Below are positions 27,154 to 35,504 of a stretch of DNA of 41,485 nt, in pieces. The translations under genes and the position numbers were made by a program. The number at the start of each line of letters is the position of its first letter. The first letter of the stretch is position 1. The stretch is from Candidatus Ratteibacteria bacterium (GTDB taxonomy: Bacteria; Ratteibacteria; UBA8468; B48-G9; JAFGKM01), in contig JBKBIN010000010.1 of assembly GCA_046296715.1 (NCBI GenBank), positions 1 through 41,485 on the forward strand. Direction: 5' to 3'. The notes below the pieces were generated by a model. The model was given only the letters and a program-made list of their open reading frames with translations. It was not told the origin of the DNA and made no database searches.

Positions 27154-27818
27154 CTGTGATAATAGTTGGCGCAGGAAATGTAGGATATTATCTTGCTGAA
27201 AGATTGAGTAATAAAAATTATGTTGTTTTGATAGAAAAAGAACCAAAATTAAGTGAAAAAGTTGCAGAAAAATTAAATTGTCTTGTTATAAATGGCGATG
27301 GATGTAACCCGGAAACATTAAAAAGAGCCGGTATAAAGAAGGCTGATATAGTTGCAGCAGTTACTGGCAATGATGAAGATAATTTAATCATATGTCAAAT
27401 AGCAAAAGAAATATTTAATGTTAAAAAAGTTGTCGCAAGAATAAATAATCCAAAAAATGAAAAGACATTTTATGAACTTGGGATTGATGTAGCAATAAGT
27501 GGTACATCTTTGCTTGCAAAAGTTATAGAAGAAGAAGTAAACTGGGAAGATTTTATTACACTTTTTACTTTTAAGAGAGGGAAATTGTCAATTTTAAGAA
27601 TTGATTTACCAGAAACTTCACCAATAATTAATAAAAAATTTAAAGAAATAAAATTGCCAGAGGATTCTGTCATTGTTTCAATAATTAGAGAAGATGAGTT
27701 TATAATTCCAAAAGAAGATTTTATCTTTAATGAAAATGATGAAGTTATTGCTATTACAAAAGTAGAAAATGAATCTCTTTTACTTAATTCCTTAATAGGT
27801 GAAGTTGAGGAAAAATGA
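27150..27818 (+). CDS. trkA: TrkA/KtrA-type RCK potassium uptake regulatory subunit (second copy)
   Basis: IVGAGNVG, GDG...LKRAGI..AD, TGNDEDNL, ARINNPKN motifs. Confidence 0.9.
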   Translation: MTVIIVGAGNVGYYLAERLSNKNYVVLIEKEPKLSEKVAEKLNCLVINGDGCNPETLKRAGIKKADIVAAVTGNDEDNLIICQIAKEIFNVKKVVARINNPKNEKTFYELGIDVAISGTSLLAKVIEEEVNWEDFITLFTFKRGKLSILRIDLPETSPIINKKFKEIKLPEDSVIVSIIREDEFIIPKEDFIFNENDEVIAITKVENESLLLNSLIGEVEEK

Positions 27819-27949
27819 AAAAAATCCTTAAATATCTTCAGATTTTTGGTAACAATATAATTGGAATTTTATTAGAAATTACTTATCTCTTACTTTTTTT
27901 TGTAATTGTATTTTTTTTTAATCTGTTTCTTTTTTATTTAATAAAATAA
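27815..27949 (+). CDS. Unannotated 44-aa membrane protein
   Basis: Hand translation MKKILKYLQIFGNNIIGILLEITYLLLFFVIVFFFNLFLFYLIK*. GAGG RBS, ATGA overlap with the trkA stop, and its stop abuts the trkH start. Confidence 0.7.
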   Translation: MKKILKYLQIFGNNIIGILLEITYLLLFFVIVFFFNLFLFYLIK

Positions 27950-29452
27950 TTGAAGATGATACCTCAATTTTCAAGAGATGACTTAAAAGGAATTTTACAT
28001 TACACAGGTAAATTGATAATTCTTTTAGGGTTTTTGATGCTTGTGCCTTTATTTGTTGGATTAATTTTTAAAGAGTGGAATGCATCTCTTGATTTTGTTG
28101 TTGTATCTCTTTTCTCTATTTTTTTAGGATATTCTTTAATTACGATTTTCCCAGAAGAAACAGATTTAAACTGGCGACAGAGTATGAGTATCACTTCATT
28201 AATATGGTTAATTTATATGCTTATAGGCGCCATTCCCCTTTTTTTATCTGGTCATTATAATTCTTATTTAGATGCTTGTTTTGAATCTATGAGCGCTTTC
28301 GCAACAACCGGTCTTGTCTTAGTTAAAGACCTTGACCATATGGCTTTGTGCTATAATTTTTGGCGACATTTTATGTGTTTTATTGGAGGACAAGGTATTA
28401 TCGTTGCTGGAATAATGATATTTTTTAAAGGTTCAAGTGCATTTAAAATATATGTAGGTGAAGCGAGGGGAGAAAAAATACTTCCTAATGTGGTTCAAAC
28501 TGCGAAATTTATATGGCTTATAAGTCTATCTTACTTGTTAATTTTTACCTTAATCATAGGAATAATAAATATTATTCATGGTTTTCCTCCTTCTCGCGCT
28601 TTTTTCCATGCAATATGTATTTTTATGGCTGGTTGGGATACTGCTGGATTTGCAGTGCAATCACAAAATATAGCATATTATCACAATCCAATCATTGAAA
28701 TAATAACTTTATTAATTGTATTATTAGGTGCAATAAATTTTGGCTTACATTATGCTGTATGGACAGGAAGATTTAGAGAAATTTACAAAGATGACGAATT
28801 AAAAATTTTCTTAATAAGTATATTGATTTTAACATTTTTTGCATTCTGGGGATATGCAAAAGTGATACCAGACACAAACTTCTTCTCAAATTTCAGATTT
28901 GTCTTTTATCATATTGTTTCAGGACATACAGGAGTTGGATATACAAATTTCGACTCATTTATATTAAAAAACTTACCAGAAATATCACTTTTATTTATTA
29001 TAATTGCAATGGGACTTGGTGGTTGTTCTTGTTCTACATCCGGTGGTATTAAAATGTTAAGAGTGGTTTTTATAATAAAAGAAATTAAAAAAGAAATTAA
29101 AATTTACACTTCTCCTGGGTCTGCTGTTGTTTTTGAGAAATTTCATCATATAAGAGATATTCAACTTATTGATTCTCATATTAAAACATCATCTATAATA
29201 TTTTTGCTATTTATTTTTACATATCTTTTAGGAGGAATAATAGGAACTGTCTATGGATATCCATTCTTACATTCACTTTTTGAATCAACATCTGCCTGTG
29301 CTAATGTTGGACTTTCTGTTGGAATAACAAATCCTTCAATGCCCAATTTATTAAAAATTTTTTACATTATGGAGATGTATATTGGAAGATTAGAATTCAT
29401 AATTATTTTTGTTTTTATAAGTTATCTGATATCTTTAAGGAGTCCTGAATGA
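27950..29452 (+). CDS. trkH: TrkH-family potassium uptake permease
   Basis: FESMSAFATTG, GGQGII, TAGF, GG..CSTSGGIK..R, FESTSACANVGLS.G, MYIGRLE motifs. Confidence 0.93.
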   Translation: MKMIPQFSRDDLKGILHYTGKLIILLGFLMLVPLFVGLIFKEWNASLDFVVVSLFSIFLGYSLITIFPEETDLNWRQSMSITSLIWLIYMLIGAIPLFLSGHYNSYLDACFESMSAFATTGLVLVKDLDHMALCYNFWRHFMCFIGGQGIIVAGIMIFFKGSSAFKIYVGEARGEKILPNVVQTAKFIWLISLSYLLIFTLIIGIINIIHGFPPSRAFFHAICIFMAGWDTAGFAVQSQNIAYYHNPIIEIITLLIVLLGAINFGLHYAVWTGRFREIYKDDELKIFLISILILTFFAFWGYAKVIPDTNFFSNFRFVFYHIVSGHTGVGYTNFDSFILKNLPEISLLFIIIAMGLGGCSCSTSGGIKMLRVVFIIKEIKKEIKIYTSPGSAVVFEKFHHIRDIQLIDSHIKTSSIIFLLFIFTYLLGGIIGTVYGYPFLHSLFESTSACANVGLSVGITNPSMPNLLKIFYIMEMYIGRLEFIIIFVFISYLISLRSPE

Positions 29453-29928
29453 AAAAAATTTTCATATTCTATTTTACTATTGGTTTGTTTCTATTTACAG
29501 AAAATATTGTGAACATTAAGGATTTATATCAAAAAAGTAAAAAATACGATAACAAAATAGTTAAAATTAAAGGGGAAGCGATAGGGGAAAAAATAAAAAG
29601 AGGGAGAGAGATCTGTATTAATATTAAAGATGAAAAAGAAGATTATGCAATTGGAGTTGTTTTTGATAAAGAGATGGCAGAAAAAATTGAAAATTTAGGA
29701 AAGTATAAGATAAAAGGAGATATTGTTGAAATAAAAGGAATCTATTATGAAAAATGTCCATATCATTTAGGGGAAAGGGATATACATGCATTAGAAATTG
29801 AGGTAATTTTAAAAGGGGAAAAATATCTTGATGAAATAGATTTAAAAAAAGCAATTCTTTCTTTTTTCCTTGTTTTCTGTGTTATATCTATAATTTGTTA
29901 CTATCACAAAGTTTCACCAATTAAATAA
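29449..29928 (+). CDS. Membrane-anchored OB-fold-like hypothetical protein
   Basis: N-terminal signal/TM; YDNKIVKIKGEAIG, GDIVEIKG, C..H.GE.DIH; C-terminal TM helix. Confidence 0.65.
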   Translation: MKKIFIFYFTIGLFLFTENIVNIKDLYQKSKKYDNKIVKIKGEAIGEKIKRGREICINIKDEKEDYAIGVVFDKEMAEKIENLGKYKIKGDIVEIKGIYYEKCPYHLGERDIHALEIEVILKGEKYLDEIDLKKAILSFFLVFCVISIICYYHKVSPIK

Positions 29929-31196
29929 TGTCTTAAACCTTCTTTAATCTTAACCTTTATAATTTCTCCCAATAAATCTTTCTCTAATTTAATTAGGACA
30001 GGTTTGTTATTAGTTGTTCTTCCAATATAAAAATTTTTCTTTTTATAACTCTTTTCTTTAATAAAAACATCTTCAATTTTTCCTTCCATTTTTTTGTTTT
30101 TATATAATGACACTTTATTCTGTAAATTTAAAATTAAAGCATGTCTCCTTTCTTTCTCATCCTGAGGTACATTATCAGGAAATTTATTGGCAGCTGTTTT
30201 AGGTCTTGGAGAATATTTGAAAACATAAAGTTCATCAAATTGAATTTTTTCTACAAGATTATAGGTCTGGTTAAAATCTTTTTCTTTTTCATAAGGAAAT
30301 CCAACAATAATATCAGAAGTTATTGAAATATCATTAATCTTACTTCTTGCTTTTTCAACAATCTCAATATATTTTTCCACTGTATATTTTCTGTTCATAA
30401 GTCTAAGTATCTCATTTGAACCAGATTGAACTGGAAGATGAAGATGCTTATAAAGTTTTGGTAAATTTACAAAACAATCAATTAATTGTTCTGGGACATC
30501 CTTTGGATGAGAAGTTAAAAATCCAATTCTTTTAATATCCTCAATATTATGTATCTTATATAGTAAATCAACAAAACTTTCATTTATATCTCTTCCATAT
30601 TCATTCACATTTTGTCCTATCAAAATAATTTCTTTAACTCCTTGTTCAACAACTCTTTTTACTTCTTCTATTATAATTTTTACTGGTTTACTAACCAGTT
30701 TTCCTCTTGTATACGGAACAACACAATACGAACAAAAATTTTCACATCCTTTAGTTATTGTAATAAAACAAGAGGTTTTACTATCTTTTAAGGGTGGTAT
30801 AATTTCTGTGAAAAAATCCTCATCTTCTTCAAATATACTTAATTTTCCTTCTTTGTAAATTTTCAAACTTTCAACAAACTTTTTATATGAATTGGTTCCA
30901 CAGATTATATCTACAAAATCATATTTTTTAAAAATCTCATCTTTATACAATGCAGAGACACATCCAACAAGACAAAATTTTTTATTGTTTTTGAAATTTT
31001 TTATTGAACTTAAAAAAGAAATAGCTCTATTTTCTGCATGTCTTCTTACCGAACAGGTGTTTACAATTATAAAATCTGCTTCATTCAAATTATTTACCTC
31101 ACAAAATCCTTCATTTTCTAAAAGTACTCTCAATCTCTCTGAGTCATAAAAATTCATCTGACATCCATATGTACGAATAAAAAATTTTTTATTCAT
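29904..31196 (-). CDS. miaB: tRNA-2-methylthio-N6-dimethylallyladenosine synthase
   Basis: TYGCQMN..DSE, NTCSVR..AE, radical-SAM CENFCSYC, TSHP, HLPVQSGS, DIIVGFP, FKYSPRP.T, TRAM tail. Confidence 0.93.
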   Translation of the reverse strand: MNKKFFIRTYGCQMNFYDSERLRVLLENEGFCEVNNLNEADFIIVNTCSVRRHAENRAISFLSSIKNFKNNKKFCLVGCVSALYKDEIFKKYDFVDIICGTNSYKKFVESLKIYKEGKLSIFEEDEDFFTEIIPPLKDSKTSCFITITKGCENFCSYCVVPYTRGKLVSKPVKIIIEEVKRVVEQGVKEIILIGQNVNEYGRDINESFVDLLYKIHNIEDIKRIGFLTSHPKDVPEQLIDCFVNLPKLYKHLHLPVQSGSNEILRLMNRKYTVEKYIEIVEKARSKINDISITSDIIVGFPYEKEKDFNQTYNLVEKIQFDELYVFKYSPRPKTAANKFPDNVPQDEKERRHALILNLQNKVSLYKNKKMEGKIEDVFIKEKSYKKKNFYIGRTTNNKPVLIKLEKDLLGEIIKVKIKEGLRHYLIGETL

Positions 31197-31204
31197 ACTT
31201 AAGA

Positions 31205-31462
31205 TTATACCTTTCTTAATGAAAATACAGAACCAATTATTAATCCTAACAAAGAAAAAGAATTGATTTTAAAACTGATTGAAAATGAGAGATTAAAAAT
31301 GATAAGATCTAACTGTTTTACTTCCCAGATAGGCGAAAGATTAGTAGAGAAAAAATTATAGAAAGGTGTATGTTGAGGTAATAATTGTTGTATTATCTCT
31401 CCTAAACAGGTACCAATCATAGTGGATAAAAATAAAACCAAAAGTATATAAATCACTCTCAT
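31205..31462 (-). CDS. Small membrane protein, DUF4321-like
   Basis: IG..LGE, LDL.IF.LSF...KIN..SLLGLII pattern. Confidence 0.65.
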   Translation of the reverse strand: MRVIYILLVLFLSTMIGTCLGEIIQQLLPQHTPFYNFFSTNLSPIWEVKQLDLIIFNLSFSISFKINSFSLLGLIIGSVFSLRKV

Positions 31463-31562
31463 AAAAAAATTATATCATAAAAATAAAACATTTAAAATTT
31501 TCAATAAAAAATCCAATTTTTTTATTTTGAATATCCTTGTTTTACCTAAAAATAGGGATTTA

Positions 31563-31591
31563 TTGACTTTCATGTGATTAATTGTTAAAAT
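31563..31591 (+). promoter_or_regulatory. tRNA operon promoter
   Basis: TTGACT (31563-31568), 17 bp spacer, TAAAAT (31586-31591) with an extended TG. Confidence 0.75.
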
Positions 31592-31601
31592 ATTAATGTG
31601 A

Positions 31602-31675
31602 GCGCCTGTAGCTCAACAGGATAGAGCATCTGCCTTCTAAGCAGAGGGTTGCGCGTTCAAGTCGCGCCAGGCGCA
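31602..31675 (+). tRNA. tRNA-Arg (TCT)
   Basis: GCGCCTG/CAGGCGC acceptor stem; TCTGC-CTTCTAA-GCAGA anticodon arm; GCGCG-TTCAAGT-CGCGC T-arm; no encoded CCA. Confidence 0.97.
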
Positions 31676-31686
31676 TTTTTTTTACA

Positions 31687-31759
31687 GGGCCGTTAGCTCA
31701 ACTGGCAGAGCGGCGGACTCTTAATCCGTAGGCTGCAGGTTCAAGTCCTGCACGGCCCA
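31687..31759 (+). tRNA. tRNA-Lys (CTT)
   Basis: GGGCCGT/ACGGCCC acceptor stem; GCGGA-CTCTTAA-TCCGT anticodon arm; GCAGG-TTCAAGT-CCTGC T-arm; no encoded CCA. Confidence 0.97.
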
Positions 31760-31881
31760 ATAAAGTAATCAAGGTAAACTAAAGCAAGATATCAGAAAAA
31801 ACATAGTATCTCATTAATAAACAGGACTTGAAGTGAGGCATGTTTTGGAATTGTTACAGACAGAAGAAGAAATAGCAATCG

Positions 31882-32949
31882 TTAAAATATTCTTAATCTT
31901 GGATTAACAATTTCACCATTTAATATTGCAAGACCTGTTTTCAATCCATAAGATGTTTCTGTAGATTTAATTCCTTTATCTGTAAGTTGTAAAATATATT
32001 CTTCTGTTATATTGCATAAAGCAAATGTTGAAGTTCTTGGGACTATACCCGGAATATTAGGAACACAATAATGAATAATTCCTTCATATTTAAAAATTGG
32101 TTGTTTATGTGTAGTTGGATGACTTGTTTCAAAGACACCACCTTCATCTATAGAAACATCAATCATTACTGACCCTTCTTCAATAATTTTTAAATCTTCT
32201 CTTTTTATCAGTATTGGAGGTCTTTTCCCAGGAATTAAAACAGCTCCAATAATCAAATCCGCTTTTTTTATAGAATTTTTTATATTCTTTTCATTTGAAT
32301 AAAGTATCTTGACCCTTGGAAGTTTTTTTCTAAGAAACTTTATCCTTGCTTCATTTATTTCAAGAATTGTAACATCTGCTCCTATTGAATCAGCAATTTT
32401 AGCAGCATTATAACCAACAGTTCCTCCTCCTAAAATGACAACTTTCCCACTTTTTACTCCTTCTGTCCCTGAGAGAAGAATCCCCTTTCCCCCATATTCC
32501 TTTTCAAGATATTTCATACCTTGTTGAATACTCAACTTTCCAGCAATCTCACTCATTGGCTTTAAAATAACAAAAATACCTTTTTCTTCAACAAGTTCAT
32601 AAGCAACACAAGTAACTTTTCTCTCAATAAGTTTTTCAGTCATCTCTTTATTTGAAGAAAAATGGAAAAATGTAAATAATATCTGTCCTTTTTGAAGTAA
32701 ATTATATTCAGAAGACAATGGTTCTTTAACTTTTATAATTAATTCTGAATTTTTGAAAACATAAGAATGGTCTTCTACTATTTCAGCACCAACTACTTCA
32801 TATTCTTCATTTTTAATACCTGCACCAATACCAGCATCTTTCTCAATAATTACTTTATGTTTTCTTTTTACAAGTTTTTTAACTGTTTTAGGTAAAATTC
32901 CCACTCTATATTCTTCTTCTTTGATTTCCTTTGGTATTCCTATTATCAC
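31882..32949 (-). CDS. ald: Alanine dehydrogenase
   Basis: IGIPKEIK..E.RV, KVKEP, FTFFH, PMSEIAG, GGGTVG, DVSIDEGG..ETS.PTTH, YCVPNIPG.VPRTST motifs; GTG start. Confidence 0.95.
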   Translation of the reverse strand: MIIGIPKEIKEEEYRVGILPKTVKKLVKRKHKVIIEKDAGIGAGIKNEEYEVVGAEIVEDHSYVFKNSELIIKVKEPLSSEYNLLQKGQILFTFFHFSSNKEMTEKLIERKVTCVAYELVEEKGIFVILKPMSEIAGKLSIQQGMKYLEKEYGGKGILLSGTEGVKSGKVVILGGGTVGYNAAKIADSIGADVTILEINEARIKFLRKKLPRVKILYSNEKNIKNSIKKADLIIGAVLIPGKRPPILIKREDLKIIEEGSVMIDVSIDEGGVFETSHPTTHKQPIFKYEGIIHYCVPNIPGIVPRTSTFALCNITEEYILQLTDKGIKSTETSYGLKTGLAILNGEIVNPRLRIF

Positions 32950-34259
32950 TTTTGCATTCCTTTTATAATCTCAATTATTGAATCTGCCATATATTTCAAA
33001 TCCTCTTTTTTAAAATCATATAATGGTAAATGTGTAAATCTATGTAAAAAAACTTCTTCTGCATTTGGACATGTCTCTTTTATTTTCTCCGTATCATATC
33101 CAAGTTGTTTCATAATTGAGAATCTATATAACGGCGCAAAATGGGGTATTTGGGTTATACCTTTTTGAGCCATCTTTTCTTTAACTACCTGTATATCTCC
33201 TTTTAATTGATTTGGGTCAATTTGAAATAAATATAAATGATGTGTTGATTTTATTTTTTTATCATCAAGAGGAGGAGTTATAATCCCTTTTACATTTTTA
33301 AATCTTTCATTTAAATACTCTGCTGCCTTTCTTCTTTTTTTAATAATTTTATTTATCCTTTTCATCTGTGAAATAAGAGCAACCGCCTGAATTTCTGTAA
33401 CTGAATGATTTCCAGGAGCAAAATAATCACCACGCCATTTTAATGCAGTAACATCATAAAGCCATAAAGGTATTGGATTGGAAATATCAAAACCAACAAA
33501 TCTTGCTTTTGGAAAATCCTTACCTATTTCTTCATTAGTTACAAGTATTCCTCCTTCACCAAGAGAGGTTATATTTTTAACTTCATGAAAACTAAAAGCA
33601 CCAAAATGTCCAATAGTTCCAATCATTTTTCCATCATAAACAGCACCAAATGCATGAGCAGCATCTTCAAGAACAACAATATCAAATTTTTTTGCGATAT
33701 CCATTATTGCATCCATATCACAAGGATATCCACCTATATGAACTGGGACTATAACTTTTGTCTTTTTAGTGACTTTCCTTGCAACATCTTCTGGATCCAT
33801 ATTTAATGTTTTTGGATCAATATCAGAAAGAACAACTTTTGCTCCAATAGATAAAGGATAAGAAATAGTAGCAATAAATGTAATTGCAGGTGCTATAACT
33901 TCATCCCCTTGTTTTAAACCAGCAAACTTATATGCAATTTCAAATCCTGCGGTAGCATTCGTTAAAAAAACAGCATATTTACATTTCAGAAATTTCTTAA
34001 CTTCTTCTTCAAGTTGAGCGACTTTCGCACCAAGGGTTAATTTTCCAGCAAGATCGCCTATTTCAATTAACCTTTTAATCTCTTTTTCAACTTTTTTCAA
34101 TTGCATTTTATATTTTTTATCTTTTTCTTTTTTTGAAGGAACAAGGAATTTTAACATTTCCATTATATCCTGAAGGTCTATTTTCTCTCCTACTGCACTC
34201 CATGCAATTCTTGAAGGCCCAGTGTCATACCTAAAATCAGATATCTTTTCTTTTTTCAT
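32946..34259 (-). CDS. DegT/DnrJ/EryC1/StrS family PLP-dependent (amino-sugar) aminotransferase
   Basis: GDEVI.P..TF.AT, VHIGG.PCDM, EDAAHAFG, FSFHEVKNIT..GEGG motifs; start corrected to ATG 34259 (AAGGAGGG RBS). Confidence 0.9.
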   Translation of the reverse strand: MKKEKISDFRYDTGPSRIAWSAVGEKIDLQDIMEMLKFLVPSKKEKDKKYKMQLKKVEKEIKRLIEIGDLAGKLTLGAKVAQLEEEVKKFLKCKYAVFLTNATAGFEIAYKFAGLKQGDEVIAPAITFIATISYPLSIGAKVVLSDIDPKTLNMDPEDVARKVTKKTKVIVPVHIGGYPCDMDAIMDIAKKFDIVVLEDAAHAFGAVYDGKMIGTIGHFGAFSFHEVKNITSLGEGGILVTNEEIGKDFPKARFVGFDISNPIPLWLYDVTALKWRGDYFAPGNHSVTEIQAVALISQMKRINKIIKKRRKAAEYLNERFKNVKGIITPPLDDKKIKSTHHLYLFQIDPNQLKGDIQVVKEKMAQKGITQIPHFAPLYRFSIMKQLGYDTEKIKETCPNAEEVFLHRFTHLPLYDFKKEDLKYMADSIIEIIKGMQK

Positions 34260-34268
34260 ATTCCCTCC

Positions 34269-34315
34269 TTTTTTACTTTTTTGTAAATAATATACCAAAA
34301 AAAACTAAATGTCAA
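34269..34315 (-). promoter_or_regulatory. Promoter and candidate operator of the aminotransferase-ald unit
   Basis: TTGACA (34315-34310), 17 bp spacer, TATTAT (34292-34287); inverted repeat TTTTTTAC-N6-GTAAATAA (34269-34290) over the predicted +1. Confidence 0.5.
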
Positions 34316-35441
34316 GTTTTAAAAATTTACTCATTGATAAACAGGCACCACCAATTGCTCCTATTTCTTCTCCAAAATTAGATATTTCAAATTTTACAGA
34401 ATAATTATAAACCATGTTTTCTTTTATTTTTTCAAAAATTGTGTCAAAAAAATCTTTAAAAATTTGAAAATTATTATCAAAAATTATCATTTCAGGATTA
34501 AATAAATTAATTAAATTACTCACAGAAACAGCAAATATTCCTAAAATTTCATCTAAAATTTTTTTTATTTCATGATCACCAGATTTATATCTTTCAAGAA
34601 CTAAATTTATATCCAACAATCTTCCTGTTTTTTCTTTAATAATATTTAAAATACCTGGAATACTTGCAATACTTTCAAGACACCCTCTTTTCCCGCATTT
34701 ACATATTTCATATCTTCCTTCAATTTTTATATGTCCAAATTCACCTGCAACTCCACCTATCCCGTGAATTACTCTATCTTCACTTATTACACCACAACTA
34801 ATTCCATCTCCATATTCAACAAAAATAAAGTTTTTGCATTTCTTCCCTTTACCATAAAATTTTTCACTTAAAACTTTTGCTTGTGAACTTCCTATTACAA
34901 ATGTTTCAAGTGAAAAAGCTTCCTCTAAATATTGTTTAATAGGAACATTTTTCCATTGGGGCATTATTGATGAAAAAAGAGAAATTCCTTTTTCAATATC
35001 TACTATTCCAGGATCTACAAAACCAATACCGTTTATCTTATCCTTTTCTACTTTACTGATTAAATCACTTAAAACTTTAATAATACCTTTTTGTATTTTT
35101 TCTTTTTCATCATCAAAATTTATATTTAATTTTGCTTTTTCTACAACATTACCATTAAAATTTAAAATGACTGAAATAATATTATGAGGAGTTAATTCAC
35201 ATCCAATAAAAAATTTACTATCAGGAATAATACTCAATAAAGTACAAGGTCTACCACTTTTTTGATTTTTTTCTCTTTCAACTTCTTTAATTATCCCTTC
35301 TTTTTTTAATTCTTTTACAATTTCAGTAATTGTAGCAAATCTTATATCAAGAAACTCATGAAGTTTTTTTCTTGAAATTTTGCCTTTTTCATAAATTGTT
35401 TTTAAAACATTTTTCTTATGGATTAAATATTTTGAACCCAT
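34305..35441 (-). CDS. ROK-family transcriptional regulator
   Basis: N-terminal HTH (ISR..L......ATIT.IV.EL...G.I.E, GRP); GVAGEFGH, C.CGKRGCLE, NLFNPE, GAIG motifs. Confidence 0.92.
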   Translation of the reverse strand: MGSKYLIHKKNVLKTIYEKGKISRKKLHEFLDIRFATITEIVKELKKEGIIKEVEREKNQKSGRPCTLLSIIPDSKFFIGCELTPHNIISVILNFNGNVVEKAKLNINFDDEKEKIQKGIIKVLSDLISKVEKDKINGIGFVDPGIVDIEKGISLFSSIMPQWKNVPIKQYLEEAFSLETFVIGSSQAKVLSEKFYGKGKKCKNFIFVEYGDGISCGVISEDRVIHGIGGVAGEFGHIKIEGRYEICKCGKRGCLESIASIPGILNIIKEKTGRLLDINLVLERYKSGDHEIKKILDEILGIFAVSVSNLINLFNPEMIIFDNNFQIFKDFFDTIFEKIKENMVYNYSVKFEISNFGEEIGAIGGACLSMSKFLKLDI

Positions 35442-35504
35442 ATTTACATTTTAACATTTAATTCAAAAGATTTAAAAATTAGTTTTATGATATAATTTTT
35501 CAAA

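Noticed and set aside
31760..31881. Spacer after tRNA-Lys that looks slightly coding (…GLEVRHVLELLQTEEEIAIV…), a possible integration scar
   Set aside because: No integrase, no duplicated tRNA 3' end found in the window, and too short to assign.
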